In this document: piece by piece, positions 43,721 through 57,654 of the stretch
Layout: each line of letters begins with the position of its first letter
Position numbering within the stretch: position 1 is the stretch's first letter
DNA from: the human T2T-CHM13v2.0 reference genome, Homo sapiens
Assembly (NCBI RefSeq): GCF_009914755.1
Contig: NC_060930.1
Direction: 5' to 3' (one strand)
DNA: 64,000 bases
The notes under the pieces: generated by a model
Told to the model about the DNA's origin: nothing
Seen by the model: the letters and a program-made list of their open reading frames with translations, nothing else
Database searches by the model: none
Program-made: the position numbers and the translations under genes

Positions 43721-44432
43721 ATTCTCTATTTTGGTCTCTAAGCCAACAACAGGCTGGATACTATGTTGTGCAGACAGAATGTATTATTCAAAGTAGAATA
43801 TATTGGTGGGGAATGGAGTGCTATTACTAATTATCCTGAGACAAGAAAAGCCAGTCAGGCAAAGCAGGATATAGGATCACACTGGTCAGAATATAAAAAC
43901 AAGGCGTATCTTCAAACTCCAGCTTCCTTAGCAAATAACTTGGGAGTTAGAATATAACTACAAACACAAAAATTTAAGTAGCTTAGAAGATGCAGGTAAG
44001 TGATAGCAGTCATAGCTATCCAGACAAGAAAAATACATGCCTTAGGTAGAGGGATATGCTTTACTCATTTCTAAGATCCTCGTACTTGGTACAGTGCTTT
44101 GAACATAGTAGAAATTCATTAAATGTTTATTAAATTGAGTCAGACTTCTTTGAGTTGAAGTGTTCAGAGAAAATGAGGGGGGAGGGAATTATAGCTGAGG
44201 TTTATGCAAAGTCTTTTCCATTGGCTCATGGTGGCAATAAACTTGTGATTTATGTGACCTTCCCTAAATAAGTCACTAGTGTGATTCTTGAAATATTATT
44301 GTGCATTAAAGCTACAAAGCACAATGCATACTAAGCTATGATTAATCACATTGTGGGGAAGGATTGGGGACAGAAAAGGCAGAGATAAGGAAATTCATTT
44401 CCTGTTTAAGCAAGAAATATCTTTCAAAAAAA

Positions 44433-44729
44433 TTTTGTTTTTTGAGACGAATCTCGCTCTGTTGCCCAGGCTGGAATGCAGTGGTGAGATCTCGGCTCAC
44501 TGCAACCTCGCCTGCTGGGTTCAAGCAATTCTCCTGCTTCAGCCTCATGTGCAGCTGGGATTACAGGCATGTGCCACCAGGACCAGCTAATTTTTTTTTT
44601 TTGTATTTTTAATAGAGACAGGGTTTGCCATGTTGGCTAGGCTAGTCTCAAACTCCTGACTTCAGGAGATGTGGCCTTCTCAGCCTCCCAAAGTGCTAGG
44701 ATTACAGGCATGAGCCACCATGCCTGGCT
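44433..44729 (-). mobile_element. AluS SINE
   Basis: Full dimer, CpG-decayed. Confidence 0.92.
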
Positions 44730-47619
44730 CCTTATAAATATTATTAACCTAAAAATAATTGGCTGATTTCATTAATCTTGGTAGAATAGGTTCTATGATT
44801 GACATAATAGGTTGCGTTCAATCTAAATGCCCCACACTGAATTCTTGAGTAAGCACAACTATAATGTTTTGAGGATGCTAATTCATATAAAGTCTTCCCT
44901 TTTATATACAACTCATTCCTGATGTCATCCCTAGGTAGTTACATCATGGTGTGCTCAATAATACAATACCGTTCTGTGTTTCTGGTGAGAACAACTAGAA
45001 TTTATTTTGACGTGGGAGTTGTCACACTTCATAAAATCTCTCTGAATGAATTCAAAGTGATACGTATAGAATCAGTGGGCGTGTCAGTTTGGTAGAAAAA
45101 GAAACCTAAGTGACACACTTGGCTTCCTGGTTGTTTAAGACATACATCCTTCAATTTACTGGGCTTCAGGGATTGGGTCTGGGAGTATGTACAAGAAGAT
45201 CCATGAAGTATTAAGACTGGTGGATGAGGAACTAATTCTGACATCTGGGGCCAGTGTCAACCATCTCTCACTGAACCCTCCCAGGCCCTGCTGCTTTGAT
45301 TGTAGTCTGCAGTGATTCTCCCCAGAAGAAGAGCTTTTGGCATTAGAAGGGAAGTATGATGTAGTGACTACAAGTATGTACTGGAATCAAGGATGCTGAC
45401 TTTTAGGTCATCTGTGCCACTGACTAAATGGAAGTCCTTGGTCAAGTCACAGACCTTTTCTGGGCTTCTGGTCTTCATCTTCAAAATTAATGCTTGGTAT
45501 AAAGCATGCCTAAGGCTCTTCATGTCCCTAATGACATTTCCTTATCCACTTTCTGCAAATATTTGCCATCTTTCTCTGAACTAAGTGGTATCAGAAGGTA
45601 CACGAGTGCACTCATCCTCACAGCTGGCTAGTAAAGTCAGGAAAATCCACCATCACTGCAAAATTTTTCAAAACAAAGGCTTCTTCTCAGTTTTTACCCC
45701 TCCTTCCAAACTTTATTGTATGAAGCTTTGCCCCAGTCCTTTTCTGATTTTTAACCAAACTCAGTTGTCCAAAAACCAAGATGCTGGTAGTTTTCAAAGG
45801 TCTAGAGGGTTGGAGAATTGTTAAGTAAAATGTCAATTTCATTAACTGCAATTTTCTGTGTCTTTACTTAAGAAAATGCTTGTGTTAATTGACTAGAAAA
45901 GTTCTGCACATACATTAAAATTTATTAAGAAAAGGCTGCATAATTGTTAAGTGACCACAAAGATTCCAAAGGCTAAGGTGGAAAGTTTTCTCAACTGCCC
46001 CCTCCAGTAGGAGTGAAGAATTATAACATTTTACTAACCAGTCTGTGCAATGAACTGTGGCTGGAAGATCAGACACGTACATGTAAATACCTTGCTCAGG
46101 AGGAGAGAGAGCAGCGAGGACTGCATGTTCCAACTGAACTAAAACACATGGAGATATAGAATGACCCATTCAGCTGAGGATAAGATGGAAACACCTCAAA
46201 CACCAAGACGATCATAGGAAAGGGCACCCAGCCATGCCTTGGCTATGGCTAATAGATTTCCTGTTAATGATTAAGTCGGAGGAATCCATGGAGTGCATGG
46301 CCTCAGTGGCTTCTCAAATCCCAGAATGAGGCATTTGCAGGTGACTTGAAGGTCTGTTAATGATCACTGAAGGTAAAAGCTGCTTGTTGACAGGTCTCTA
46401 CTTTTTCTTGTGAAATTACTTAGCTCCTCTGGGATAACTGTATAGAACTTTGGATAAAAATATTAAAATTCTATTTAGTTGTACAATGTTTTAATGCAAA
46501 TTTTTAACCATAAAACCAACCGCTCCATTCAGTTAAATTAATAGAATTACAAAAAAGATGTAATGATAGCAATTAAGTCTTGAAAATGCAAATTTTATAG
46601 TCAAGGACAATTACCTCATTTATAGTATATTGGAATGGTGCCAGATGAAGGTAATTTAGATCCTCCCAGCTCACAGTTACATCATGATGGATATCTTCAT
46701 TTCATTAGTTCAACAAAGATGGGTGAGAAGTTAGACAATACATAAAAAAACTAAAGCGTATTTGACCTTTAGTATAACTAGAACCAGAATTCATTCACTA
46801 ATTTATCAAGTATTTAATGAGTACCAATTATCTAAAATATTATTTATATATTTTGTCTGCCTTAGAGAAAAAAAAGTCTTTATTTTCACATCTAGAAAGC
46901 ACTGGTTTGTAGAGAAATCAGATTTCTTCAAAACCAGGCCAGGTTTTTGGTGCTTGGTGAGTATCTTTATGTGCAATGCAGATGACCTAATTTTGTGTTG
47001 ATTGGAGTGATACCAAGTCTCCCTGCAAAAGAACAATGGGTTTTTCACTAATTATCTTCTCTTTTATTTGAGCCTGCTTCAAGTAATTGTTGGTGTCTTA
47101 AAATCATGCAGCTGTGAAAGTTGGGCTACCTAAATGATTACTTTTGTCATTTTAAGATTTTACTATGTACTATCTTATGTTCCATATTTTCACATTATCA
47201 TCTTGGCTGCAGTTCATTTGTACAACATCCAGAAGTTTATCATTTCCATATTACAGGAAGACAAGTAACTTTACAAAAATTTTTTAAATAGAGAGATTTA
47301 ATAATAAGAATGTAGGCTTTTCAAACTTCCAATTCTATATTGTCTTAATGCAAATTTTCTGCTTATGTTCATAAAAAAAATCTGCATTGCTCATGATCTC
47401 CCCTTTTGCCCTCTAGAGGGCACTAGATCACACTCCTGATGATAAAAGGAGTCAAATTGAAGCCCTATTTGCTGATGTTAAAATTTCCCCTTGAGTCATT
47501 ATCTTTGGAGAGAAAATTTCTGCTGTCTAAAGGAACCAGTGACTATGAGGAGCAGGTAGTTCACTTCTTGCCACGTTGTTTCTAAACAGAGGGAAAGCAA
47601 TGCGCTTGGGGGTTTTGAA

Positions 47620-47835
47620 GACTGGCTGCCCAAGTTCAAACACATGGCTCAGGCACTTCCTGAATATGTAATGTTGGGCAAATTATTTGTTTCTGTGCCT
47701 CAGTTTCCTCATCTGTAATATGGGGATAATAATACCTACTCCACAGCATAGCTGTGAAGATTTTAAAAAATGATAATATGTATAAAGAAGTTGGGGAACA
47801 GATACAGCCTATAGCAAGCACTATTAGTATTAGAG
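47620..47835 (+). mobile_element. MIR
   Basis: Core 'ttgggcaaattattt...ctgtgcctcagtttcctcatctgtaatatggggataataatacctac'. Confidence 0.88.
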
Positions 47836-47885
47836 TTTTTTTCAATATTTTATAGCAAGCACTATTAGTATTAGTTTTTTTAATA
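47810..47885 (+). repeat. 41-bp-period tandem duplication at the MIR tail
   Basis: tatagcaagcactattagtattag at 47810-47833 and 47851-47874. Confidence 0.93.
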
Positions 47886-50348
47886 CCTTTTTTTGGAACA
47901 TAATCCCCAATAATGATTCTGCGCTACTGCCCCTGGATTTCTTCCTTAGTCCCATGACTCAAATGGGCAAGCCTCTATTAGGACCATCTAAGAGATCTAT
48001 GCAATTCCCTTACAAGATTCAATATTGGCTTAGCGTACTTTTAAAGAGGCTGATGCCATTGATTCAATAGACGTCAAAACAGAAAGTAAACCTCTTCAAA
48101 GTCAGGATGACATAACTTTGTAGTTTTGCTTTCTTGCTCACTTTTGGATAATAAGCCCCAAACCAAAATATCAAGAGTTTATTGTAATGAAAGGCCATAG
48201 AAACACATACTAGACAAATGAGTATACAGAATAGATATATGGCCCTTCTTTAGTCTATGGAAAATATTTTATTTTCCTTGAATGCCATATATAGTAAGAG
48301 TCATTAGGATTTTTTTCCCCTGGAACTTACATAGCAGCTAGAAGAGCCAATAATGCTTTTGAAATTCAACCTTTGTTTCTAGTGATGATGTCTAAGTCTT
48401 TGTGGATTTACTGTCTTGGTTCATTTAGCTAGCAGTAGAACGAGAGTTTTCACAAAATATCCCCCTGGGTCATGGTGGCGGTAGTGGTAATCCTCTATCT
48501 TCTTTCTCTCCCTGATATTTATATTTATTTATTACGGTAAGTTTTCTAATGCATAAAAATGTAATGTAAGAAATGATTATAAATCTTTGGCTATATACAT
48601 GTTCAAAGAGATATTTAAAATTAGTTGTCCCTGATCCTCTCAACGTAGATATTAATTCATCAGTAAGTCAACTGATAGTTTGTGCCATAACCTCTAATAG
48701 ATCTGGCTTTGCCCTGGAAGCCCATGCAGGCTAAAATCAGCAGCCAACCCTTTGCCTGGATTGTACTTCTAAAAGAGTTAGAGTTTGAAGTGCCGTATAA
48801 GTATTTTAAATATATTTGTATTGATGTACACAACCGGTTTGATCATTATTAATGAACTAATCGACTAAATACTGTATTAGATAATCAGTTGGTGGAGCCT
48901 AATAATAGTATCAGCTCTAGATGTGAGTATCTCTTGGCGTTCCTGTAGTCTGATTTATGAATGGTATGCTACACATCAATCTTTACACACCCATTCAGAA
49001 TAAATAAGCAAGATGAAAGGAGATTCACATATTCTTTATAAAGATAAGTCTTATGAGGTAATGGCTCTATGATGGTTAATACACCCTATTCTCATAGCAT
49101 TATGATAGAACCTAAAACTTAATTGCTCTGTTCAAAAGAGAAATAATGCAATGTTCCTACTTAAAATGGTTTCTTATGCAAAGGCGTAAAATTTCTGGCA
49201 TTAGAGAAAACAAAAGCGTATCTGGTACTCTAGCTGCTGTGTCTCAGTTGTAAAAATCTCGTCTGTGATCATAATAGGATATTGATTAGTATGGAAGCTA
49301 TACAAAGCTGAATTGCATTTCTTGGTGGAGTACGAAAGGTCACTGTTTGATTACTCAATAACTTTTCAAATACAAGAAATGCTATTTAAAAGTATGCTTG
49401 AATGATTGGTTTGTACTATAAGAGGGAAATGGGGGAAATGGTACTACTTTCGTAAAGGTAGTTAGATGTTAAATTCTTATATCATTTTCTATTCATGTAT
49501 ATTTAACATTCTGTACTATTTTATATACTAGAACATAAACCATTAAATCAAATTATAAGTGCAATTTTACATGTTATCCATGTGATATCTAACTTACAAG
49601 ACATATAATTCACTTGTTTTTAGGTATTAACTGAGTTTGTCACTATGGCCATCTTATATTTGATGGCATTTATTTTCTGTGATCATAAATATAAGGTACT
49701 TCATATTATTATAGAAAATGTAAAAAATACAGAACTATATAAAGAAGATAACAAATTACCAATAATTCTGATATTCTGATTAACTTCTTTCCTCTTTTTA
49801 TTTATAAAACAATATAAAGTCTTATCATGTATTTATTATATTTGCTACAAGTTATAAATTCAGGATCATTTTATAATAGTTTTAATGATAATTTTCCCCT
49901 TTTAACTGGGAATGCACTCTTAGGAATAGTAAATATTCTTGAAAAAATGATTCTTAATAACTGCGTATTATTCTAAATTATGGATAGACCATAAAATATT
50001 TAACCTGTTAGTTTGTGCTCATAAATACCTCCGAACTCTCCTGTTTATGTGACCTATAGTTTTGTTAAGAGCCTTGTATGATGGACATCGGCATCATCCT
50101 CTTTGATCCCGTTACTTTCTCCTTACATTGCCACTGATTTCCTCTTTTGGCATTACAGGTTTCTTTCTAATCACTGGCACACATGCCCAAGCCCAGGGCT
50201 CACTATTTGCTCAAACAAGTATTCACCTTTGATAGATTGAGTAACCTCAATCTGACTTGGCAAAATAAAGAAACCTTATTGAGTCTATTGCAAGGACTGG
50301 CTAACAGCATCCCAATACTTGGTTAGAACTCCAACCATATTTACCAAA

Positions 50349-50756
50349 TGTATTAGGATGTTCTTGCATTGCTATAGAGAAATCCCTGAGGCATGGTAAT
50401 TTATGAAGAGAACGGTTTAATTGGCTTACAGTTATACAGGTTGTACAAGTATAGCACCAACATCTGCTCTGCTTCCAGTGAGGGCCTCAGTAACCTTCCA
50501 ATCACAGTGGAAGCTGAAGGGAGAGCAGGCATGTCACGTGGCAGGAGAGGGAGCCAGAGAGAGAGGTGGGAGGTGCCACACACATTTCAACAAGCAGATC
50601 TCATGAAAACTGACTCATCACAAAGAGCATGGTGCTAGCGCATTCATGAGAAATACGCCCCCATGATCCGATCACCTCTTACTTGGCCCCACCTCCAACA
50701 GTGGGGATTACATCTCAACATGTGATTTGGTGGGGACACAGATCCAAACCATAGCA
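50349..50756 (-). mobile_element. MST (MSTA/MSTB) MaLR solo LTR
   Basis: 'tgtattaggatgttcttgcattgctata...gatccaaaccatagca'; 5-bp TSD (c/t)caaa. Confidence 0.9.
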
Positions 50757-51419
50757 TCAAATATATAGATGACTGAATGACAAGAGGCAGGTCGGAGAAG
50801 GTAGAAAGCAGTGCATGTAGAGAGAGTGGAGAATTTGAGTAGCAGATCATGAAGACAGAAGAAAAATGGGCGATGTAAAAATAGAAAGAATAGCACAGTA
50901 ATGGGCAGAGGAAACAGAAATAGGGTGGAATACATGAGAACAGGGTGGAGGATTTGGGTGTCAGAAAAGAAGCAGTGTGGAAATTAATTGATACTCTCTG
51001 CAGTACAGCCACATTCTATGCCATGGGCAACACAGCAAAAGTATCATTCATAATTGGGACTCTCTGGCTTGTGTAACCACCCACTGAGACAAAAGAGACT
51101 GCTTTCATATCAATTATTTTGCTTAGGGTACTGGTATCATGATATACCTATTTATGTACATTTGATCCGTATGCACCTTTCAGATGTTGATAGACATGTA
51201 GCATCTGGAATTGGAAGGTGATGGACCTGCTCTTCTGTGTGCCAATCAGAATCTCCTGGAGCACTGGATTCAGGTCTAAAGTCAGACTTTTTAAGAGGGA
51301 AGTAGACACTGGAGGAGATGTACCCTGGAGGATGGTCAGCACAGTGAAGGGACCTAAAATACAATCACCCACAGACAGGTAAAAAGAAAGCTTGGAGAGG
51401 GCATGATTATACAGTTCCT

Positions 51420-51745
51420 AATAGGTGACTACTTTTGAAGGCATGCCAAGTACAAGAGCAGCAGGCTGGCTCTGTTTGACCTTAAGGAGAAGAGATGTGG
51501 AAACAATGCAGGCTTTTCAGGAAGACAGATTTTGTTTTGTTCAAGGAAAACCTAATAAGCAGTGGAAATGCTTGAATTTGTGATTGGTTCATCTTTGAGA
51601 AAGTGAGACCTTCCAAATTGGAGGTGTTTAAATACACCTTAGTGAACAATTGGTGGGGATTTTGTTGCAGAGAATCAAATACCTGCTATTCGGTGGAGAT
51701 AGATTATCTTTAAGGTCTCTGCCAACTCTATGATACTGTAATTTT
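51420..51745 (+). mobile_element. L3/CR1 LINE 3' end
   Basis: 'ggaagacagattttg...aagtgagaccttcc...ggaggtgtttaa...ctttaaggtctctgccaactctatgatactgt'. Confidence 0.65.
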
Positions 51746-51984
51746 ATGCAGATCTCTGTGTAGATGGAGCAGAGAAAGCAAATGCAAATTTGTATTGATG
51801 TGGCCAAAATTGCTTTAACAAAAGTTACATATTGAAACCATTTTAGTTTTAATACCATCAAAAATTTTACTTTGTTCTTTCATAAGAAAACACCTGTAAC
51901 AACTGGAATGTTTTTTTCAATGTCATCTGTGTTTTTAGTTTGAATATAATGCATGGTTTTCTGAACAGAAAAAAATCTCACTTT

Positions 51985-52298
51985 CTCTTTTTTGTTTTGT
52001 TTTTGTTTTGTTTTTTGAGACAAGATCTGGCTCTGTCACCCTGGTTGGAGTGCAGAGATGCGATCTCAGCTCACTGCAACCTCCATCCCCCGGGATCAAG
52101 GGAGTCTTGCGCCTCAGCCTCCCGAGTAGCTGAGATTACAGGCATGTGCCACCACACCTGGCTAATTTTTGTATTTTTAGTACAGACAGGGTTTCACCAT
52201 GTTGATCAGGCTGGTCTTGAACTCCTGGCCGCTTGTGATCTGGCCCCCTCAGGCTCCCAAAGTGCTGAAATTACAGGCGTGAGCCACAGCACCTAGCC
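51985..52298 (-). mobile_element. AluS/J SINE
   Basis: Full dimer; TSD aaatct(c/t)acttt. Confidence 0.92.
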
Positions 52299-52329
52299 AG
52301 AAATCTTACTTTGTAAGTGCTAAGATACA

Positions 52330-53900
52330 TGATTGAAAATATCCCTGCCCTTGAGTCACTTATGTACATAATGCACTTAAATCATGAAAAGGCCTGCAAA
52401 GACTGCTTTAGAAGCACAGAGAGGTAGAACTAATGGAGCCCAAAAGAGGAAGGGAGTTTATAGTGGACCTGTCCCAGAGTTGGGTTTTAAAAGCATGAGT
52501 AAAATCTTGGTGAGTGAAAAAAAGTGGAGGACTAAAGAAAGTTCCAGGAAGGAAGAAGAGTATGCAAAAGAGAAGCTGTAGAGAGTTTGCAAGTCTCTAC
52601 AAATAGGTTAGCAGAGCTGAAAGTTACAATGGAGGTGTGGCAGGAGAGAGTGAGGTATAGTCAGGTAGAGTAAGACCTTTATGCTAGTCTAAGAAACTTG
52701 AATTTTATACTTTATGTACCTGGAAGCCATTGACATGAATAAGGGAGATTTGACTTTAGCTCAGACACTGATATTTGATATATACATTTAAATGAACCAA
52801 GAATGTAGGCAAAGAAACCCAATAGGAGGCTACTGCAATAGCTTCAAGAAAGATCTTAAAAGCCCAAGTTGGGCAGTGGTAATCTGTATGAAGAGAATGT
52901 GAAAGGATTAAATATGTTTAATATAAAATCTTGGTCACTAATGTTATTAAGCAGTGGAAAGATGTAGGAGTCAACAATGACTCCAGATTTCTTATTTGGA
53001 TGACCTTGTTAGATCCACCAATTGAGACGGGGAGCATAAGACTAAGAACACATTTTGGGGAAGGAAATGGATTTATTCAATTTTGGACTTACTAACTTTA
53101 GAGTGCTTTGGAGCCCTTTAAGTAGTTATGGCAGGCAGGAAGCCGGATACGAAGATTTATATCTCAAGAGAATGATTCTGCTTGAAGGTATAAATCACAT
53201 TTTATCTACATATAAATAGCAGCTAAAGCCATGAGTTTGTCCAGGGAGAAAAAAAAAAAAAAGGAGAGAAAAAAATAAAGGAAAAAGAAGTGGGCTGAGG
53301 GAGAAATCAAAAGAAATCTCATGGTAAAAAAAAAATGGCCAAGAAGAAAAAACTCACAAAGGAATAAGAGAAAGAGTGGTGGGAGAAATTGAAGAATAAA
53401 AAAAAAATCTGATATAGCATCAAGGGAATAGTTCCAAGGAGGGCTAATCCACAGTGGTAAGTGAAATTGACAGTCTAGCAAGTAAAGAGCTAAAAGCGCC
53501 ATTGAATCTGAGAATTCAGTAGTTGCCTTAAGGAGACTGGTTTATATGGATTAGCAGCTAGAAGAAACATTGCTGTGTTGACTATCAGATGAGAAGCAAG
53601 AAATTAAAGCCCTTAGTTGTAGAATTCCTCCTCCTCTGTCCACGGTTGAGAGGTTTCTATGAGAAAAAGAGCAGAGAAGGGGCACAGCTAGGAGGAAATC
53701 CAAGGTCAATGGAACAGTGTTGTTTGTATTACTTTGCTTTTTGTTTTAGAATGGGGAGTATTTCAGCGTGTCTCTGGATCCTAAAAAATAAGATCTAGCA
53801 GAGCAAGGAGGGTGAAGTCAAGGAAAAGATACATGACAACATACAGAAGGTGGCATTGGCTTTGAAGAGCAGAAGGGAAACCACACTTTCTCCAACTCCT
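52330..53900 (-). mobile_element. Long L2 fragment
   Basis: 'ccctgcccttgag', 'ccaataggaggctactgcaatag', 'ggagtcaacaatgactccagatttct', 'ttcaattttggactt'. Confidence 0.8.
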
Positions 53901-55061
53901 GGGCTCTATGCTGTAATCCAGCTTACTTATTACAGGTAGATTTGCATATGGGTGTTGATGTGTGTTTGATAAAGTACTTATTTTTTCCTTTGGCAATTTT
54001 CTGGGACTGAATAAAAAGTTCAAGTTTATCACTTTCCAAAATTCTTAGCTATAAATCTTCAGATTCAGGGATTTTAAAAAATCTCATTTTTTTAAAAAGT
54101 AAGACATTAAAAAGAACTCTAAAGATAAGTTCTATCTTTTCATCAGTATTAAATATTTTTGTCAACTGCGTAAAATCCCTGAGCCTTACTCCTTTTACTT
54201 CTGGAGCAGTGAAGCTGCAAAATCTTGTTTCCAAGATTAATTATACAACAAATGTAGGTTCACATACAATAAACATGTACAGTGGCATGAATAATAAAGT
54301 TAACCAGAAAAACTTTCTTGCAGTGAGTGGACTCCTTCCATTGTTACTAGAAACATCTATACAGTAAGGACAGAATGCTGAGTTTATAATCACAAATTTG
54401 AGAACATTCATTTTAAAAAGGATTGAAATACAAGTTTTATGAACATTGAAAATAATGGTTCTATGTAGAAAACTGGATATGGGGAATAAAATGGAATCTG
54501 GACTTCTACAATAAGAACTTCTTTATTATGTCTTTTAAATGATGTTTTTAATTATGCAAGCAATATGTGAATTTATTTTTGTAATAGCTTTCCATTTACA
54601 AACAGCCCCCACCAATTCATGTGTATTCTCAAACTCATTAAAAACCAATGAATTTCATTCCCTATTTCATTTTCATTGAGTCCTTTCTGGTTATACCATT
54701 AGGCTGATGTAATGATTTTATCTATAAAATGGTATACTGGTCTATGACTTTCTATTGTCATTTCTCCCTTCTTCATGTTTCTATGTAACCCTTTTTTTCT
54801 TAAAATCTTTTGGCTAGAGGAATCCACCGGTTTGGCAGAATTTCTTTTTAAACAGTTGCAAATACTTAAACCATTTGTAGAATTAGATACCCCTATACAA
54901 TGGTGTATACTTTTTATTTTCATGTACATGTGTGGAAGTCAGTTCACCTTAGAAGAAAATAGTGGGTACCTGTGAGGGACAACCCAAGCCGATATGAAAT
55001 CAAAATACCCAGTTGCATCCTCACGTCTTAAGGTGCTCTGCTCTCTTCACAACTTCTGTAA

Positions 55062-55392
<331 letters not shown>

Positions 55393-56074
55393 GCTTTAAA
55401 CTGCCTTTAAATGTTGATCCTATTTGTGAGAACAAAGACACCATCCCAGCCACAACTAAATACAACTAAATAAAGATATTTTGCAAATAATTTGATAAGG
55501 AAGAGGCTGTATAATTATTATATAATAAAACAGTTTTATTTTATATATTTATGTGATTGAGATAACCCTGCAATTTGGACAACCTTTTTTCCTTTTAGTT
55601 TAATTAATTATTTTCAAAATATCCTTTCAGTAAAAGATACAGTAAACACTACTAACTTTTTCTGACCAGCCACAGCAATTTGCCCATCTTTTTATTGTGG
55701 CATTATTGTATTATATAATAAATAATGTTTAAAAGTTTATCTTTTTGTCTGGACCATGAAATCCTCAGGAACAGGGGTTGTGTTTTACTCATATTTGTCT
55801 ATTCATTGATTAACTAAATGGACCACATTTAACCACCCCCTCTCCATCTCCTTCAGAGTCCAATTTAAGACTAGACAATGTAGAGTCCTGAGAGCTGAGA
55901 ATAGATGAGGCTATGGAATGACCAGCAACAGCCAGACAGAAACTGAGCCAGAGTGTAAGGGTCAACTATGTTCAAGGATATATGAGAGTTAAAGCTAGAT
56001 GGAAACCATATCCATTTTTTAATTGCACTGAGTAAGTCTGGAGTCAATAACAGGAGCTGAAATAAGAGGACAAA

Positions 56075-56366
56075 AATCACCCTTAATCTGATAGGCACAA
56101 CCTATTCAGCCCAGTGAATATAAAGCAGGCAGAAAAACGTGTTAAGGGGAAACAGGCCTAGCCTCCCTGCCTACATCTTGCCCTTGAACATCGGACTCAA
56201 AGTTCTTCAGTTTTGGCACTCAGACTGGCTATCCTTGCTCCTCAGCTTGCAGACAGCCTATTGTGGGAACTTGTGACCATATAAGTTAATACTTAATAAA
56301 GTCCTATATATATACACACACACACATATATACACATATATGTGTGTATATATATATGTGTGTGTG

Positions 56367-56419
<53 letters not shown>

Positions 56420-56456
56420 CCTATTAGTTTTGTCCCTCTAAGAAAACCCTAATACA
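56075..56456 (+). mobile_element. MLT2A(1) HERV-L 5' LTR, 5'-truncated, with an expanded TA/CA/TG microsatellite
   Basis: 'tataaagcaggcagaaaaacgtg', 'gcccttgaacatcggactc', 'cttgcagacagcctattgtggga', 'ttaataaa', ends 'ctattagttttgtccctcta...ctaataca'. Confidence 0.88.
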
Positions 56457-56982
56457 GATTTTGGTACCAGGAGTGGGGTCCAGAAGAGTAGAAGGCTCTG
56501 CAACAGGTCCAGGCTGCTGCGTAAGCTGTTCTGCCACTTGGGCCATATGACCAAGCAGATTCAATGGTGCTTGAGGTGTCAGTGGCAGATAGGGATGCTG
56601 TTGGGAGCCTTTGGCAGGTTCCCATAGATGAATCAGAGCAGAGACCTCTAGGAGTTTGGAGGAAGGCCCTACCATCTTCTGAAGATAACTACTCTCCTTT
56701 TGAGAGACAGCTCTTGGCCTATTACTGGGATTTGGTGGAAACTAAACATTTGACTATGGGTCATCAAGTCACCATGCAACCTGAACTGCCTATGGTGAAC
56801 TGGTTATACCATTAGGCTGATGTAATGATTTTCTCTATAAAATGGTGCTTTTATGGGTGCTTTCTGACCCATCTAGTCATCAAATGGGTTGTGCAGAGCA
56901 GCATTCCATCATCAAAGGGAAGTGGTATATATGTGATCAGTCTTGAGCAGGTCCTGAAGGCACAAGTAAGTTACATGAGGAA

Positions 56983-57654
56983 GTGGTTCAAATGCCCATG
57001 GTCTCCACTCCTGCCACCCTGCCTTCTCTCCCCAAGCCTGCACTGATGGCCTCATGGGGAGTTCCCTATGATCAGTTGACAAAGGAAGAGAAGACTAGGG
57101 TCTGGTTCACAGATGGTTCTGCACGATATGCAGGCACCACCCAAAAGTGGACAGCTGTAGCACTACAGCCCCTTTCTAGGACATCCCTAAAGGACAGCAG
57201 TGAAGGGAAATCTTCCCAGTGGGCAGAACTTCAAGCAGTGTACCTGGTTGTGCACTTTGCATGGAAGGAGAAATGGCCAGATGTAGGATTATATACTGAT
57301 TCATGGGCTGTAGCCAATGGTTTGGCTGGATGGTCAGAGACTTGGGAGAAGCAAGATTGGAAAATTGGTGACAAAGAAATTTGGGGAAGAGGTATGTGGA
57401 TGGACCTCTCTGAGTGGTCAAAAGCTGTGAAGATATTTGTGTCTCATGTTAGTGCTCATCAACGGGTGACCTCAGCAGAGGAGGAGTTTAATAATCAAGT
57501 GGATAGGGTGACCCGTTCTGTGGACACCACTCAGTCTCTTTCCCCAGCCACTTCTGTCTTCACCCAATGGGCCCATGAACAAAGTGGCCATAGTGGCAGG
57601 GATGGAGGTTACTCATGGGCTCAGCAAACTTGGACTTCCATTCACCAAGGCTGA
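56983..57654 (+). pseudogene. pol: HERV-L RNase H domain plus start of the integrase zinc finger
   Basis: WFTDGSA, SSQWAEL, YTDS, HVSAH, NNQVD catalytic motifs; AHEQSGH, then a frameshift. Confidence 0.9.

Noticed and set aside
56305-56418. Quasi-palindromic CA/TG tract with Z-DNA potential
   Set aside because: Expansion of the microsatellite normally present at this position of MLT2A LTRs; symmetry is expected from simple repeats
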